Under the pieces are notes generated by a model. That model saw nothing but the letters and a program-made list of their open reading frames with translations. It was not told where the DNA came from and did not search any database. Position numbers and translations under genes: made by a program. From an uncultured Alphaproteobacteria bacterium (GTDB lineage: Bacteria; Pseudomonadota; Alphaproteobacteria; Rs-D84), in contig CALXXD010000006.1 in the NCBI GenBank assembly GCA_944392595.1, positions 7,074 to 71,073 on the forward strand: DNA of 64,000 nucleotides, given 5' to 3'. Shown here one piece after another: positions 19,057-28,125 of the stretch (positions within the stretch are counted from its first letter, which is position 1; every line of letters begins with the position of its first letter).

Positions 19057-19437
19057 TTACATCTTTTCAACGTAATCAACATCGATTTCTGTCTTGAACA
19101 GACCGGCATCAACCTCGCCATACAGTTTTACTGTATCAGACGGTGTTACAACCTGGCCGCGCCAATCGTCATCATCGATTTCAATGGTGATTGAATCTGT
19201 TGCATCTTCGAACAAATATTTTTCGCCACCCATACGCTGGACGATTTTACCCTGGACAATCACAGGCACATCATCGCGCATTTCTTTGACCTGCTTTACG
19301 GTGGAAATCATTTCTTCGCCACCGACAAAACCGCCACGCATATTGGCGTTCGGCTGAGGCGCATTTGGACGAAAATCAGCCATAGCAGCACCAGACACCA
19401 AAGCGACCGCAGCCGCCACAATTGATATTTTTTTCAT
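19057..19437 (-). CDS. YgiW/YdeI-family periplasmic OB-fold (BOF) protein
   Basis: 126 aa. Signal peptide ending AAMA, then a single OB-fold pattern VPVIVQGKIVQRMGGEKYLFEDATDSITIEIDDDDW. Confidence 0.75.
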   Translation of the reverse strand: MKKISIVAAAVALVSGAAMADFRPNAPQPNANMRGGFVGGEEMISTVKQVKEMRDDVPVIVQGKIVQRMGGEKYLFEDATDSITIEIDDDDWRGQVVTPSDTVKLYGEVDAGLFKTEIDVDYVEKM

Positions 19438-19511
19438 TCATTACCCCTTTTGTTCTTGTACGTACATATAATATCACATTTATTTATAAAAATGTCTAGG
19501 AATTTTATTAC

Positions 19512-19538
19512 GATAAAAAATCCCCCGTTTGGGGGATT
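19512..19538 (-). terminator. Rho-independent terminator of Cys-rich gene A
   Basis: Hairpin AATCCCCC-GTT-TGGGGGATT followed by a T-run on the - strand, directly after the stop. Confidence 0.8.
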
Positions 19539-19540
19539 TT

Positions 19541-22051
19541 TTACATCTGGATATCTTCGCATATTGGATCGGTTGTTTCCGTGCTGCAAGATGTATTCCG
19601 ACTATTGTGGAACCAACTGCTGCTGCCCGTTGTTTTACAATTCTCGGTCGTAATTGTTGTACAGATGTGGCAGATTCTGGTTTCACGACTGAATATGGCC
19701 GTAACTTCTTTGGACGAACCGCCACCTTCAAAACTGGCACCGCCCAAATATCCACCATTGCTGAACTTGACGCCACCGGAACGTACAACGCCTGAACCGC
19801 CCTGGGTCAATTCATCAGCAGTCAAACCGACGCCAACCTCGTAACTGATGGAGTACGGCGGTGCCAAAGTTGTGCGGGTTTCCACGCCCACCGTGCTCGT
19901 GCCGCCATTCTCGGCCATTTTTTGGCACATGTATTGTGCGACGTCCAGGTCAGCGTCACGTGTTGCTTCTGCTATTGCAGTATTTAATTTCGCATTATAA
20001 TTATCCTGGGCTTTGCGCAATGCGGATACAGCAATCTGCATCTTGACCTGGTTCAGCAAGTTCGGGAAACGAGCCTCGGTTCTGTCGTCGTCATTGCCGG
20101 TGATTTGTGATAAATCACGCCCACTTACACAGTACTGAATTTCAGGATCACTTTCGATTAAATCTATCGTTCGATTGATTGTACCTGCGATATTATTCAA
20201 TTCTTCTTCAATTGTTTCTATGATCGCGTCACGTTCGGCCGCATTCAGCCCAGAATTATAACTTTCTTCTCTGATTTTTTCGATATAGTCGCCGACACCG
20301 ATTTCACCCGGCCCCAATTTAACTGTGCCACCATTACCATCACTGACGGTTTCGCCATCCATATCGCCCATTTTGATACTGCCGAACGAAATCATACCAG
20401 TCACGCGATATACATCACCATCCTTTTGAGACCGGATAGACCCCGCGCCAATTGTATCATCGGCCGCGAAATAATTACAGTCGGTCGTGCTGCCGCAAAT
20501 TTCGGCCATTTTTTTATCAACCAGATTTTGGCACTGTTCAACCAAAGCATTATCGATATTCAGATACAATCCCATCAACATATCGTCCAAATCATCCATG
20601 CTGAAACCCTCGTTATTCTGTTTGCAGACAACCAGCGTGTCAATCGGACACATATCATGGATATAATCATAATCCATACCGATACAGTTCTGGAAATTCG
20701 GGCCACATCGTGTATCCGCGGTAAAGCAATCTTTTACTTCTTGGGTACATGCATCAACGCGCATAGCCGCCAATTTATCTTGGACATAATCCCAAATCTG
20801 GGGTTCCATACGTTCGCAAGGATCGATTTCAACCTTGCAGAAACTGCGCGCCATATCGGGACGCGCCAAACACGCATCCATAGTCGCGACACCTTTGCCC
20901 GCAATATCATCACGGCACGCGGTTTGGATACAGTCTGAAATCTCGGTCAGGCACGATTGGCGGAATTTGGATTCCGCCATACTTTCCGCCACGCGGATTG
21001 TGGGGGCGGCCTCTTTCAAGAAACGCGGCCAAACCTCGTCCCGGACGGCAACACATTGTGCCAAAACACTTTCGCAAATCGGACGTTTTGAATTCAAAAT
21101 TTCCATAGTTGCATCCGAGATATAAAAAGTATCAACGGATTCATAATCTGTACCAGCGGTACTGGTGCTTGCGGCCTGGGCATTTTCAGCGGCCACAACG
21201 CCAACGCAATTTTCCCAATCTTCGCCACATGCATCTTCGGTGCGCATACAATTTCTGAATTCAACCATACATTGCCCCAGGTCGTATTTATTTGCGCTAT
21301 CCAAACTTTCCTGCAACGCAGTGCGCACGGCAGATTCCGCATCGGCCAATTCCAGTTCTGCATCCGCACGTTGTTTTGCCAAAGAATTTTTGAATCCCAA
21401 ACAATCAGATGTAATTTGACGCGAATATAATTGCTGTAAAAACACAATGTCTTCGGCGCATTCGTCGGGAACCTGGTTCAGACACAATTCATTGGCGGCA
21501 TTTTTTAATTGCGCGCCCTGCATTGTGGAAATATCAGCCATGGAACCGCCCCAGATATCATCATCTTCGTCTTCATAACTGGTGTTCCACATGGCCATCA
21601 GTTCCGCGCGTTCGCGTTCTTTTTGTTCAGCCTCGCTGTATTCGCCTTCGTCCAGAATATTGCCATCTTCGTCATATCGACGTTCGCCTGTAAATACGAT
21701 GTCTGCATCGGCACCAGCCTTGACACGTTCAACTTCTTCTGTGCGGATACGATTGGCCTCATTTATCATCGCCTGGATTTCTTCCAACTCGGAATTATAT
21801 CCGATAATATCGTCGCTGCATCCACACGCGCCACCACTGGCATTATCAGTAATACAAAATTGATCCATACATCCGAAATAAGCATCATAACACGCCTGGT
21901 CATATAAACCTGTGGCGGTTACTTTGGTACGAACAGTTGTTCCCTGCTGGATGGCAGATTGTTTTTTAGTGGTGGTCAAAGCAAAAGAATCAATCGCCAC
22001 CGCCGCAACAGCCAAACCCAAAACAGATGTTAAAAATATTTTCGCTTTCAT
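19541..22051 (-). CDS. Cysteine-rich secreted protein family, member A (836 aa)
   Basis: Signal peptide MKAKIFLTSVLGLAVAAVA. Family motifs QACYDAYFGCMDQFC..GGACGC, LYSRQITSDC..FKNSLAKQR, NKYDLGQCMVEFRNCM..ACGEDWENC. C-terminus ..DPICEDIQM. Confidence 0.85.
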   Translation of the reverse strand: MKAKIFLTSVLGLAVAAVAIDSFALTTTKKQSAIQQGTTVRTKVTATGLYDQACYDAYFGCMDQFCITDNASGGACGCSDDIIGYNSELEEIQAMINEANRIRTEEVERVKAGADADIVFTGERRYDEDGNILDEGEYSEAEQKERERAELMAMWNTSYEDEDDDIWGGSMADISTMQGAQLKNAANELCLNQVPDECAEDIVFLQQLYSRQITSDCLGFKNSLAKQRADAELELADAESAVRTALQESLDSANKYDLGQCMVEFRNCMRTEDACGEDWENCVGVVAAENAQAASTSTAGTDYESVDTFYISDATMEILNSKRPICESVLAQCVAVRDEVWPRFLKEAAPTIRVAESMAESKFRQSCLTEISDCIQTACRDDIAGKGVATMDACLARPDMARSFCKVEIDPCERMEPQIWDYVQDKLAAMRVDACTQEVKDCFTADTRCGPNFQNCIGMDYDYIHDMCPIDTLVVCKQNNEGFSMDDLDDMLMGLYLNIDNALVEQCQNLVDKKMAEICGSTTDCNYFAADDTIGAGSIRSQKDGDVYRVTGMISFGSIKMGDMDGETVSDGNGGTVKLGPGEIGVGDYIEKIREESYNSGLNAAERDAIIETIEEELNNIAGTINRTIDLIESDPEIQYCVSGRDLSQITGNDDDRTEARFPNLLNQVKMQIAVSALRKAQDNYNAKLNTAIAEATRDADLDVAQYMCQKMAENGGTSTVGVETRTTLAPPYSISYEVGVGLTADELTQGGSGVVRSGGVKFSNGGYLGGASFEGGGSSKEVTAIFSRETRICHICTTITTENCKTTGSSSWFHNSRNTSCSTETTDPICEDIQM

Positions 22052-22099
22052 TGCATATTTCCTGTATGTACAAACAATGTAATTTGGGACATGCCCAAA

Positions 22100-24277
22100 T
22101 TACATATTAATATCCTCGCACGTTTCAATTTGCTGACAGAATGTTTCTTCGTTACTGGCCGCGGCACCCATCAAACCGCCACCAACAGCGCCAACAACAC
22201 CGCCGATTAACGTACCCCATCCGGCATTAACCATCGTACCCATTGACGCACCAGCCGACAAACCACCCGCAACACCCTGTAACGCGCCGGTCATCTTGTC
22301 TTGGCCGCCTTCTTCGCAAACCTGCTGCATACGACAAACGTGACAGTTACGCAAAGACGGTTCCCATGACACACTGCGGATATAACTGTAATTCTGGCCT
22401 TCCAGTTCTTTTGGATCTTCGACCTGATATGTGTTATAGCAGTTTTGTTCGGCTTCTTCCAAATCCTGCTGGCGCGACAATTCTGCAATCTTTGATTCCA
22501 ATTCACGCAAAGACCGATTTTGTGCATTAATCTGGGCAATCATTTTTGCACTGGTAAATACACTGTCGCCCAGACTGCGGCGATCAGACGGTTTTTGACT
22601 GTCTTGACACGCAGCGACGGTTTTATTCGCCTCGAACTGTTCAAAGAATTCATCAACCGCCACCTGGGCGGATGCCTTGACAGATTCACGCAATGCGGCC
22701 AAATCAGACTGATTATCTGGAACCTCGGTCAATGATGTGATTTGGGTATCCAGCGGCAAACAAGACATATCCGTTCCACAAACCGCACCCAATTGTTCGC
22801 TGAAATAATTCAAACAGCCCTGTAACATCTGGTAATCCATCTGCATCAAAGCAGCCTGGACAATAATATCAAATTGGGTTTCATTCTTGCAGGACGGGAA
22901 CATATTTTGGGGGCACAGTTCCGCGATTTCGCGCGCACTTTTCCCGACACATTCCGGCGCAGTAAAGTTTTCGCCGCATCTTTCGTGCAAACAAGAATCA
23001 ATATCATTTTGACAGAACTGGGTCCGCAAATATCCCAACTTGTCCGTGACGGTGGCTTTGATACCAGGAATCATTTCTTCGCATTCTTCGATAACCGGAC
23101 AAATACCGGCCGCAACATTAACATCTGTCAAACAAGCAGAATTTGTCCCGGTCGAACAACTGTCTTCCAAGCATAATTGGATTCGCGCCAAACACGTACC
23201 ACGCGCGTTACGATCAGCATATTTTGCGGCTTCTTCCAAAATCATTTCGGATTCATCTTGCCAATCTTCCAGAACGTATTCACGCACAGCCATACATTGA
23301 TCCAAAACATTTTCACACGCATTCGCACGACGATTTAACAAATCTGCATCCAAACAGTTTTCAAAATTAACGCCACAACCCCCCTTGTCCGCGATGCACG
23401 AACGATACGCCAACAAACACTCGCCACGATTATATTTGTTGGTTGTATCCAACATTTGCAAACGTGCCTGGCGCACAGCGGATTCGGCGGTACGCTTGTT
23501 CATTTCGGCCAAAGATTTTTGATCTTTCAAATAACTTTCAAACGATTTGCAATCTTGGACGATCATACGCGAATATAACATTTCTTCCATCGCAGCATCG
23601 TCACCACAGGCCTCTAAGCGGTCGGCACAGAATTCAGCCGCCATGGCATACAACGGATCGCCAATATCACTGTCCATACCCAAACTTGCATCTTCATCGG
23701 TGCCGCTGTTAATCCAGTCCGCAAAATTAATTCCCGACGCAGCGGAACTTTTTTTCGCGGCCTCGCTCTCGCCAAACACTAAACGCGCCTGGGCGCCCAA
23801 TTGTTCGCGTTCGACACCCTCGGTATATAACTTGTCGGCCTCGGCCTGGATATCCTGAATTTCTTGGATTAAAGATTTTGATTGATTAATATTGGACGAG
23901 CATGCGCAACGACTGCCCTCGGATTCATCCAACAAACAAAATTCATCCATACATGCCCGATACGCATCACGACAAGTTTTACTGGATGGTTTCTCGGCTG
24001 GGGTTGATGGCGTATCGTCTTTGTCATTTGACGAATCGTTTCCAGAATTATTGTTACCACTGCTGCTGTTACCGCCACTGGGGACATCTGGTTTTTCGGA
24101 CAAAGTGGGCTGGACCGTTGTTTCCGGCAAATCAATCGACGTATCCGGAATACGCACAGCCGCCTGGGCCATTCGACTTGTTCCCGCAGAACGAACGACC
24201 GCCGCATCGCCGCGCGACACAGCACCCGCAATTTCCGGCACCAAACACAACAAAGCGATTAATATCCCCTTTTTCAT
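22100..24277 (-). CDS. Cysteine-rich secreted protein family, member B (725 aa)
   Basis: Start moved to MKKGILIALLCLV (AGGTGG Shine-Dalgarno). Motifs KTCRDAYRACMDEFC..GSRCAC, LYSRMIVQDC, NKYNRGEC..GGCGVNFENC. Gly-zipper segment near the C-terminus. C-terminus ..ETCEDINM. Confidence 0.85.
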   Translation of the reverse strand: MKKGILIALLCLVPEIAGAVSRGDAAVVRSAGTSRMAQAAVRIPDTSIDLPETTVQPTLSEKPDVPSGGNSSSGNNNSGNDSSNDKDDTPSTPAEKPSSKTCRDAYRACMDEFCLLDESEGSRCACSSNINQSKSLIQEIQDIQAEADKLYTEGVEREQLGAQARLVFGESEAAKKSSAASGINFADWINSGTDEDASLGMDSDIGDPLYAMAAEFCADRLEACGDDAAMEEMLYSRMIVQDCKSFESYLKDQKSLAEMNKRTAESAVRQARLQMLDTTNKYNRGECLLAYRSCIADKGGCGVNFENCLDADLLNRRANACENVLDQCMAVREYVLEDWQDESEMILEEAAKYADRNARGTCLARIQLCLEDSCSTGTNSACLTDVNVAAGICPVIEECEEMIPGIKATVTDKLGYLRTQFCQNDIDSCLHERCGENFTAPECVGKSAREIAELCPQNMFPSCKNETQFDIIVQAALMQMDYQMLQGCLNYFSEQLGAVCGTDMSCLPLDTQITSLTEVPDNQSDLAALRESVKASAQVAVDEFFEQFEANKTVAACQDSQKPSDRRSLGDSVFTSAKMIAQINAQNRSLRELESKIAELSRQQDLEEAEQNCYNTYQVEDPKELEGQNYSYIRSVSWEPSLRNCHVCRMQQVCEEGGQDKMTGALQGVAGGLSAGASMGTMVNAGWGTLIGGVVGAVGGGLMGAAASNEETFCQQIETCEDINM

Positions 24278-24423
24278 GCCCCCCACCTTATTCATTTAAT
24301 CTTACGTTATTTTATCAAATCAGTCCCATTTGTGCAAGCACTTAAAAACAACTTGCAATTATTCCAGTGAAAGAATATCATAAAGCCTGGATTTTATTCA
24401 GTGAATACAGATGGGAAAAACAC

Positions 24424-24675
24424 ATGGCAAAAGATGATGTAATTGTTTTCAGCGGTACAGTAATCGATAAATTACCGAATACTATGTTCCGCGTGCGCTT
24501 GGAAAACGGGCACGAAATTTTGGCAACTGTATGCGGCAAAATGCGCAAATTGCGCATCTGGGTCAATGTTGGCGAAAATGTTCGTGTCGAAATGACGCCA
24601 TACGATTTGGACAAAGGCCGCATTACATTTGTTGAACGCACACGCCCAACGGCTGAAAACACAGAAAACAAATAA
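24424..24675 (+). CDS. infA: Translation initiation factor IF-1
   Basis: [58 protein letters not shown] is the S1-like IF-1 fold. It has a short extra C-terminal tail. Confidence 0.95.
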   Translation: MAKDDVIVFSGTVIDKLPNTMFRVRLENGHEILATVCGKMRKLRIWVNVGENVRVEMTPYDLDKGRITFVERTRPTAENTENK

Positions 24676-24677
24676 TC

Positions 24678-24700
24678 ACCGCCGAATGGCGGTTTTTTTA
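24678..24700 (+). terminator. Rho-independent terminator of infA
   Basis: Hairpin ACCGCC-GAAT-GGCGGT followed by TTTTTTT. Confidence 0.85.
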
Positions 24701-24767
24701 TCATAATTGCGCAAATATCGCTTTTCATAAAAATATATTTTTGTTATCATTATATAAATAACAGGAA

Positions 24768-27287
24768 ATGAGAAAGATTCTGTTCTTTATCGCGGCTTGT
24801 TGCATCAGCATCGCGGATGCTGGTGCTGTCGTTCGTGGAACAAACGCGATAAATCGAACAACGTCTTCATCCAGCGATAATGAAACTCAAACTGTTATCG
24901 CGCGCACAACGGGGCGCACCGCAACCATTGCCCAACCAAATGTCACCAGAAACACAACCGCGCGCACAAACGCCACGACTGTTTCACGCACGGCAACAAC
25001 AAACGCGCAAAAAACACGTACGGCGTCCAAATCACGCGCGGCCGCAACCACAACCGTTGCACGCGCCACCACACCAAAGGCTACATCTGCAACATCACGC
25101 GGCACATCAAACAATACAATCGCACGCACGGCAACCACACAATCACGCGCAGCATCCAACACCGTGGCACGTTCTGGTCGCGACACCGCGCGCAGCGTTA
25201 CCGTCGCACCGACCAGTGTGACAAACACATTTGGCACGGAATACAACCAATGTCGAAACGCGTACTTTACATGCATGGATCAATTTTGTGCCACAGCAAA
25301 TGATTCATACCGCCGGTGCGTATGCTCGTCCAGACTGACGGAAATCCAGGAACGCGAACGCGCGTTATCCCAGGCATCTGGTCAGTTACAGGATTTTCAC
25401 AATTTGAATATCGAAGTAATCCCCAAAACCGCGGCCGAGGTTACCGCCATGCTTACCGCAAGCGAGGGCGAAACAACATTGGAAACAACCAACGACAAAT
25501 CTGATTCAGCCGTAAAGTTGGCCGGAATACGCGATGTATTATCTTCGACAAAGAATCAATCATTAAGCACACTTGGTTCGATGGATATTGCCGGCGACAT
25601 AAACCAAATTTGGGCAACATCCAGCCTGGCATCGGGCGAAAACATATCCAACCTTACTGGCGAGGCTTTATACAACGCCGTGCATTCCCAGTGCGTTGAT
25701 TTGGTATCCGACAGATGTTCTGAATCCACGTTAGATATGGTTGTATCTGCGTATGGGATGTACATTGAAAACGATTGTTCGTTATTGTCAAATTCATTAA
25801 ATTCTCAATTGACCCAGGCCAACAGCACAATTCGCGAAACCGAACGCGAAATGAACAATGCGCGATTGGAAAATTATAACGCACACAACTCATCATCCAT
25901 TAACGAGTGTATTGCCTTGGTTCGTGCAGACATTACCAACGATGCGGCATGTGGTGAAAACTATGTTCATTGTTTGGATATAACGGGTCGGTATTTGAAT
26001 CGCGATACGGGCGAACCGATATACACACCAGACTTTTACCAATTGGAATACCAAATATCTTTGGATGGCGACGTTTTAACAAACGCGACCAATCGGTTAA
26101 TTGTTGCCGAATTGAATAAAAAACGCATATCCGCACAAAACAGTCTGGAAACATGTCGCGACATCGCAGACGAAGTCTGGGATGAATTCGTCCGCCAGGC
26201 CATTGTTGAAATTTACCAAGGCCAACAACAACGCGTACGTGACGTTAAAAACGAATGTATGCAGGTTGTAAATTCTTGCTATAACGAAAAAAATAAATCA
26301 TTACAAGATTACATAGAAGATTTACCACCTGAAATATTAACCGGGATGCGTTTGGAATTATCCGAAGAATTATGCCAAGAAAAATTATACGCATGCAGTA
26401 ATCTGTACGGCGACCCAGACGGCGATGGCCTGGAATTGTTATTAACGGCAATGCATGATTTGACCGATCAAAAAATTGCGGCCGAATGCAAAACATTATT
26501 ACAGGCATTTGCGAAAAACACCTGTAACGTCCGCTCGACTGACAGTTTGCACAGTTATCCATACGAATGCCGTGTTTATGCGCCCGGCGACGCGTTATAT
26601 GCGGACAAACCATTTTGTAACCGTCAAAATCCAGATGACTCGACAAGTTGGACTGACACAGGCCCCGACCAAATCACCACCGGCCCGGGATACGTATGCC
26701 CCACCCTGCGCAGGTATGCCAGTTGCAACGAAGGCTTTTACATGGCATATCGATCGTCAGATTTAGCCGCATGGAAATACGATGGCGTACCACGTGTCGG
26801 CAATCGTTGCAGAAAGTGCCCAGACCAATGCGTTTGCGCGGGTGGCACAAGTGCGCCAGTATGTAACAACAAAAATACCGATGGCACCGACACGGATTGC
26901 GGCGACGATTACGTCGGCAGTCTGTATCATCAAATGGTAAGATACGCAACCCAGGTTTGCGTACGCCCGTCTGAATATGATGCAATTGTCGATGGCATAT
27001 CCAGTTTGCCACAAAATATATTACAAGACGTCAATGTCGTTATGGATTCTATTAAAATCGAAATGGGCAAACAATTATCGGCCGAATGCGAACGCTTGGG
27101 CGGCACATGGGTTGATACCCAATGGATTGACGAAGACGGCGATAACAAACACGATAAAACAAATCATAAAGTATTCAAATATTTCTATGACGAAACCGGT
27201 GCAAATACCAAATGGGGATTCTGTGCCGAAATGGCCGAAGAAAGCCACACCTTCGTTGTAATTGACAGTATTAAACCGACTGATTAA
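24768..27287 (+). CDS. Cysteine-rich secreted protein family, member C (839 aa)
   Basis: AGGAA Shine-Dalgarno. Signal peptide MRKILFFIAACCISIADAGA. About 130 aa of Arg/Thr/Ala/Ser-rich tract, then NQCRNAYFTCMDQFC..YRRCVC and further Cys modules (AACGENYVHC). Confidence 0.85.
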   Translation: MRKILFFIAACCISIADAGAVVRGTNAINRTTSSSSDNETQTVIARTTGRTATIAQPNVTRNTTARTNATTVSRTATTNAQKTRTASKSRAAATTTVARATTPKATSATSRGTSNNTIARTATTQSRAASNTVARSGRDTARSVTVAPTSVTNTFGTEYNQCRNAYFTCMDQFCATANDSYRRCVCSSRLTEIQERERALSQASGQLQDFHNLNIEVIPKTAAEVTAMLTASEGETTLETTNDKSDSAVKLAGIRDVLSSTKNQSLSTLGSMDIAGDINQIWATSSLASGENISNLTGEALYNAVHSQCVDLVSDRCSESTLDMVVSAYGMYIENDCSLLSNSLNSQLTQANSTIRETEREMNNARLENYNAHNSSSINECIALVRADITNDAACGENYVHCLDITGRYLNRDTGEPIYTPDFYQLEYQISLDGDVLTNATNRLIVAELNKKRISAQNSLETCRDIADEVWDEFVRQAIVEIYQGQQQRVRDVKNECMQVVNSCYNEKNKSLQDYIEDLPPEILTGMRLELSEELCQEKLYACSNLYGDPDGDGLELLLTAMHDLTDQKIAAECKTLLQAFAKNTCNVRSTDSLHSYPYECRVYAPGDALYADKPFCNRQNPDDSTSWTDTGPDQITTGPGYVCPTLRRYASCNEGFYMAYRSSDLAAWKYDGVPRVGNRCRKCPDQCVCAGGTSAPVCNNKNTDGTDTDCGDDYVGSLYHQMVRYATQVCVRPSEYDAIVDGISSLPQNILQDVNVVMDSIKIEMGKQLSAECERLGGTWVDTQWIDEDGDNKHDKTNHKVFKYFYDETGANTKWGFCAEMAEESHTFVVIDSIKPTD

Positions 27288-27351
27288 CATAAATATAACA
27301 TGTTGCCTTGGGTGTAAAAATTTGATAGAGTTCAAAGGGAAAGAGAAAACA

Positions 27352-28056
27352 ATGAAGAAAACATTAACAATTTCAGTATTATGTTTGGCGTTTGCGCCGT
27401 CTGTGGCGATGGCTGTGACACATTGGTGGGAACAACCAACCGTTTGCAAACTGGATCCAACGGATTGCTATACATCCATGGGCATCGGTTACGAAAGCGA
27501 AATGTGGGACAGCGACGCAAATTGCTGGGGCATGAAACTGATTTGTCCCGGGGCTTTAAACCCCGCCGGCGATTATCCGGTCACCATCGGTCGCAATGAA
27601 ATCAAAAGCGGCACAGGAATCAATTCAGATTTTGACACCAACGTATTAAACGGCGATTGTTTTGGTGTGCGCAAAACCAAAGACAATGGCGCGATGGCAA
27701 TGGTAAATGGCGAATACACCCGCGTTTGGTGTAATGGTATTTTGGATACCCCAGACGAATATATGCAAAACGGCGAAATCACGTACGGCGCGCAACCAAC
27801 ATGCGCCCAGTTGGCAGAATACGGATACGTTGCCGCCGTCAATAATAATTGTTACGGCAAATATTATGACCAATCGCAATATTACATCGAATGCAATGGC
27901 AATGACGTTATGCCAAGTCGTTTGATTTTATTAAACGGTGCGGATTATACTATGAACGTTGCGGGTGCGCCGGCCGATGAAAGCGCGGCGGATAAATTAT
28001 TCGACAAAATGGAATCTACGTCAGAATCGCAACGTGGCATTTATTTCAAAGATTAA
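27352..28056 (+). CDS. Small secreted cysteine-rich protein D (234 aa), unknown function
   Basis: Start moved to MKKTLTISVLCLAFAPSVAMA (purine-rich Shine-Dalgarno). About 11 Cys in the mature part. Follows gene C on the same strand. Confidence 0.7.
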   Translation: MKKTLTISVLCLAFAPSVAMAVTHWWEQPTVCKLDPTDCYTSMGIGYESEMWDSDANCWGMKLICPGALNPAGDYPVTIGRNEIKSGTGINSDFDTNVLNGDCFGVRKTKDNGAMAMVNGEYTRVWCNGILDTPDEYMQNGEITYGAQPTCAQLAEYGYVAAVNNNCYGKYYDQSQYYIECNGNDVMPSRLILLNGADYTMNVAGAPADESAADKLFDKMESTSESQRGIYFKD

Positions 28057-28083
28057 AAATAAAAAATATAAAAAAATGATAAA

Positions 28084-28112
28084 TAAAAATCCCCCGATTG
28101 GGGGATTTTTAT
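28084..28112. terminator. Bidirectional terminator between gene D and the Pmp-like autotransporter
   Basis: Hairpin ATCCCCC-GAT-TGGGGGAT flanked by an A-run and a T-run. Confidence 0.8.
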
Positions 28113-28125
28113 TTGCATACCATCA

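Noticed and set aside
24880-25276. ORFs 24880-25221 (+) and 24887-25276 (-) inside gene C, and likewise 61800-62402, 61946-62410 and 62083-62376 inside gene I.
   Set aside because: They lie in the GC-rich DNA encoding the Ala/Arg/Thr tracts, where all frames stay open. The long frame with a signal peptide and downstream conserved motifs is the real one.
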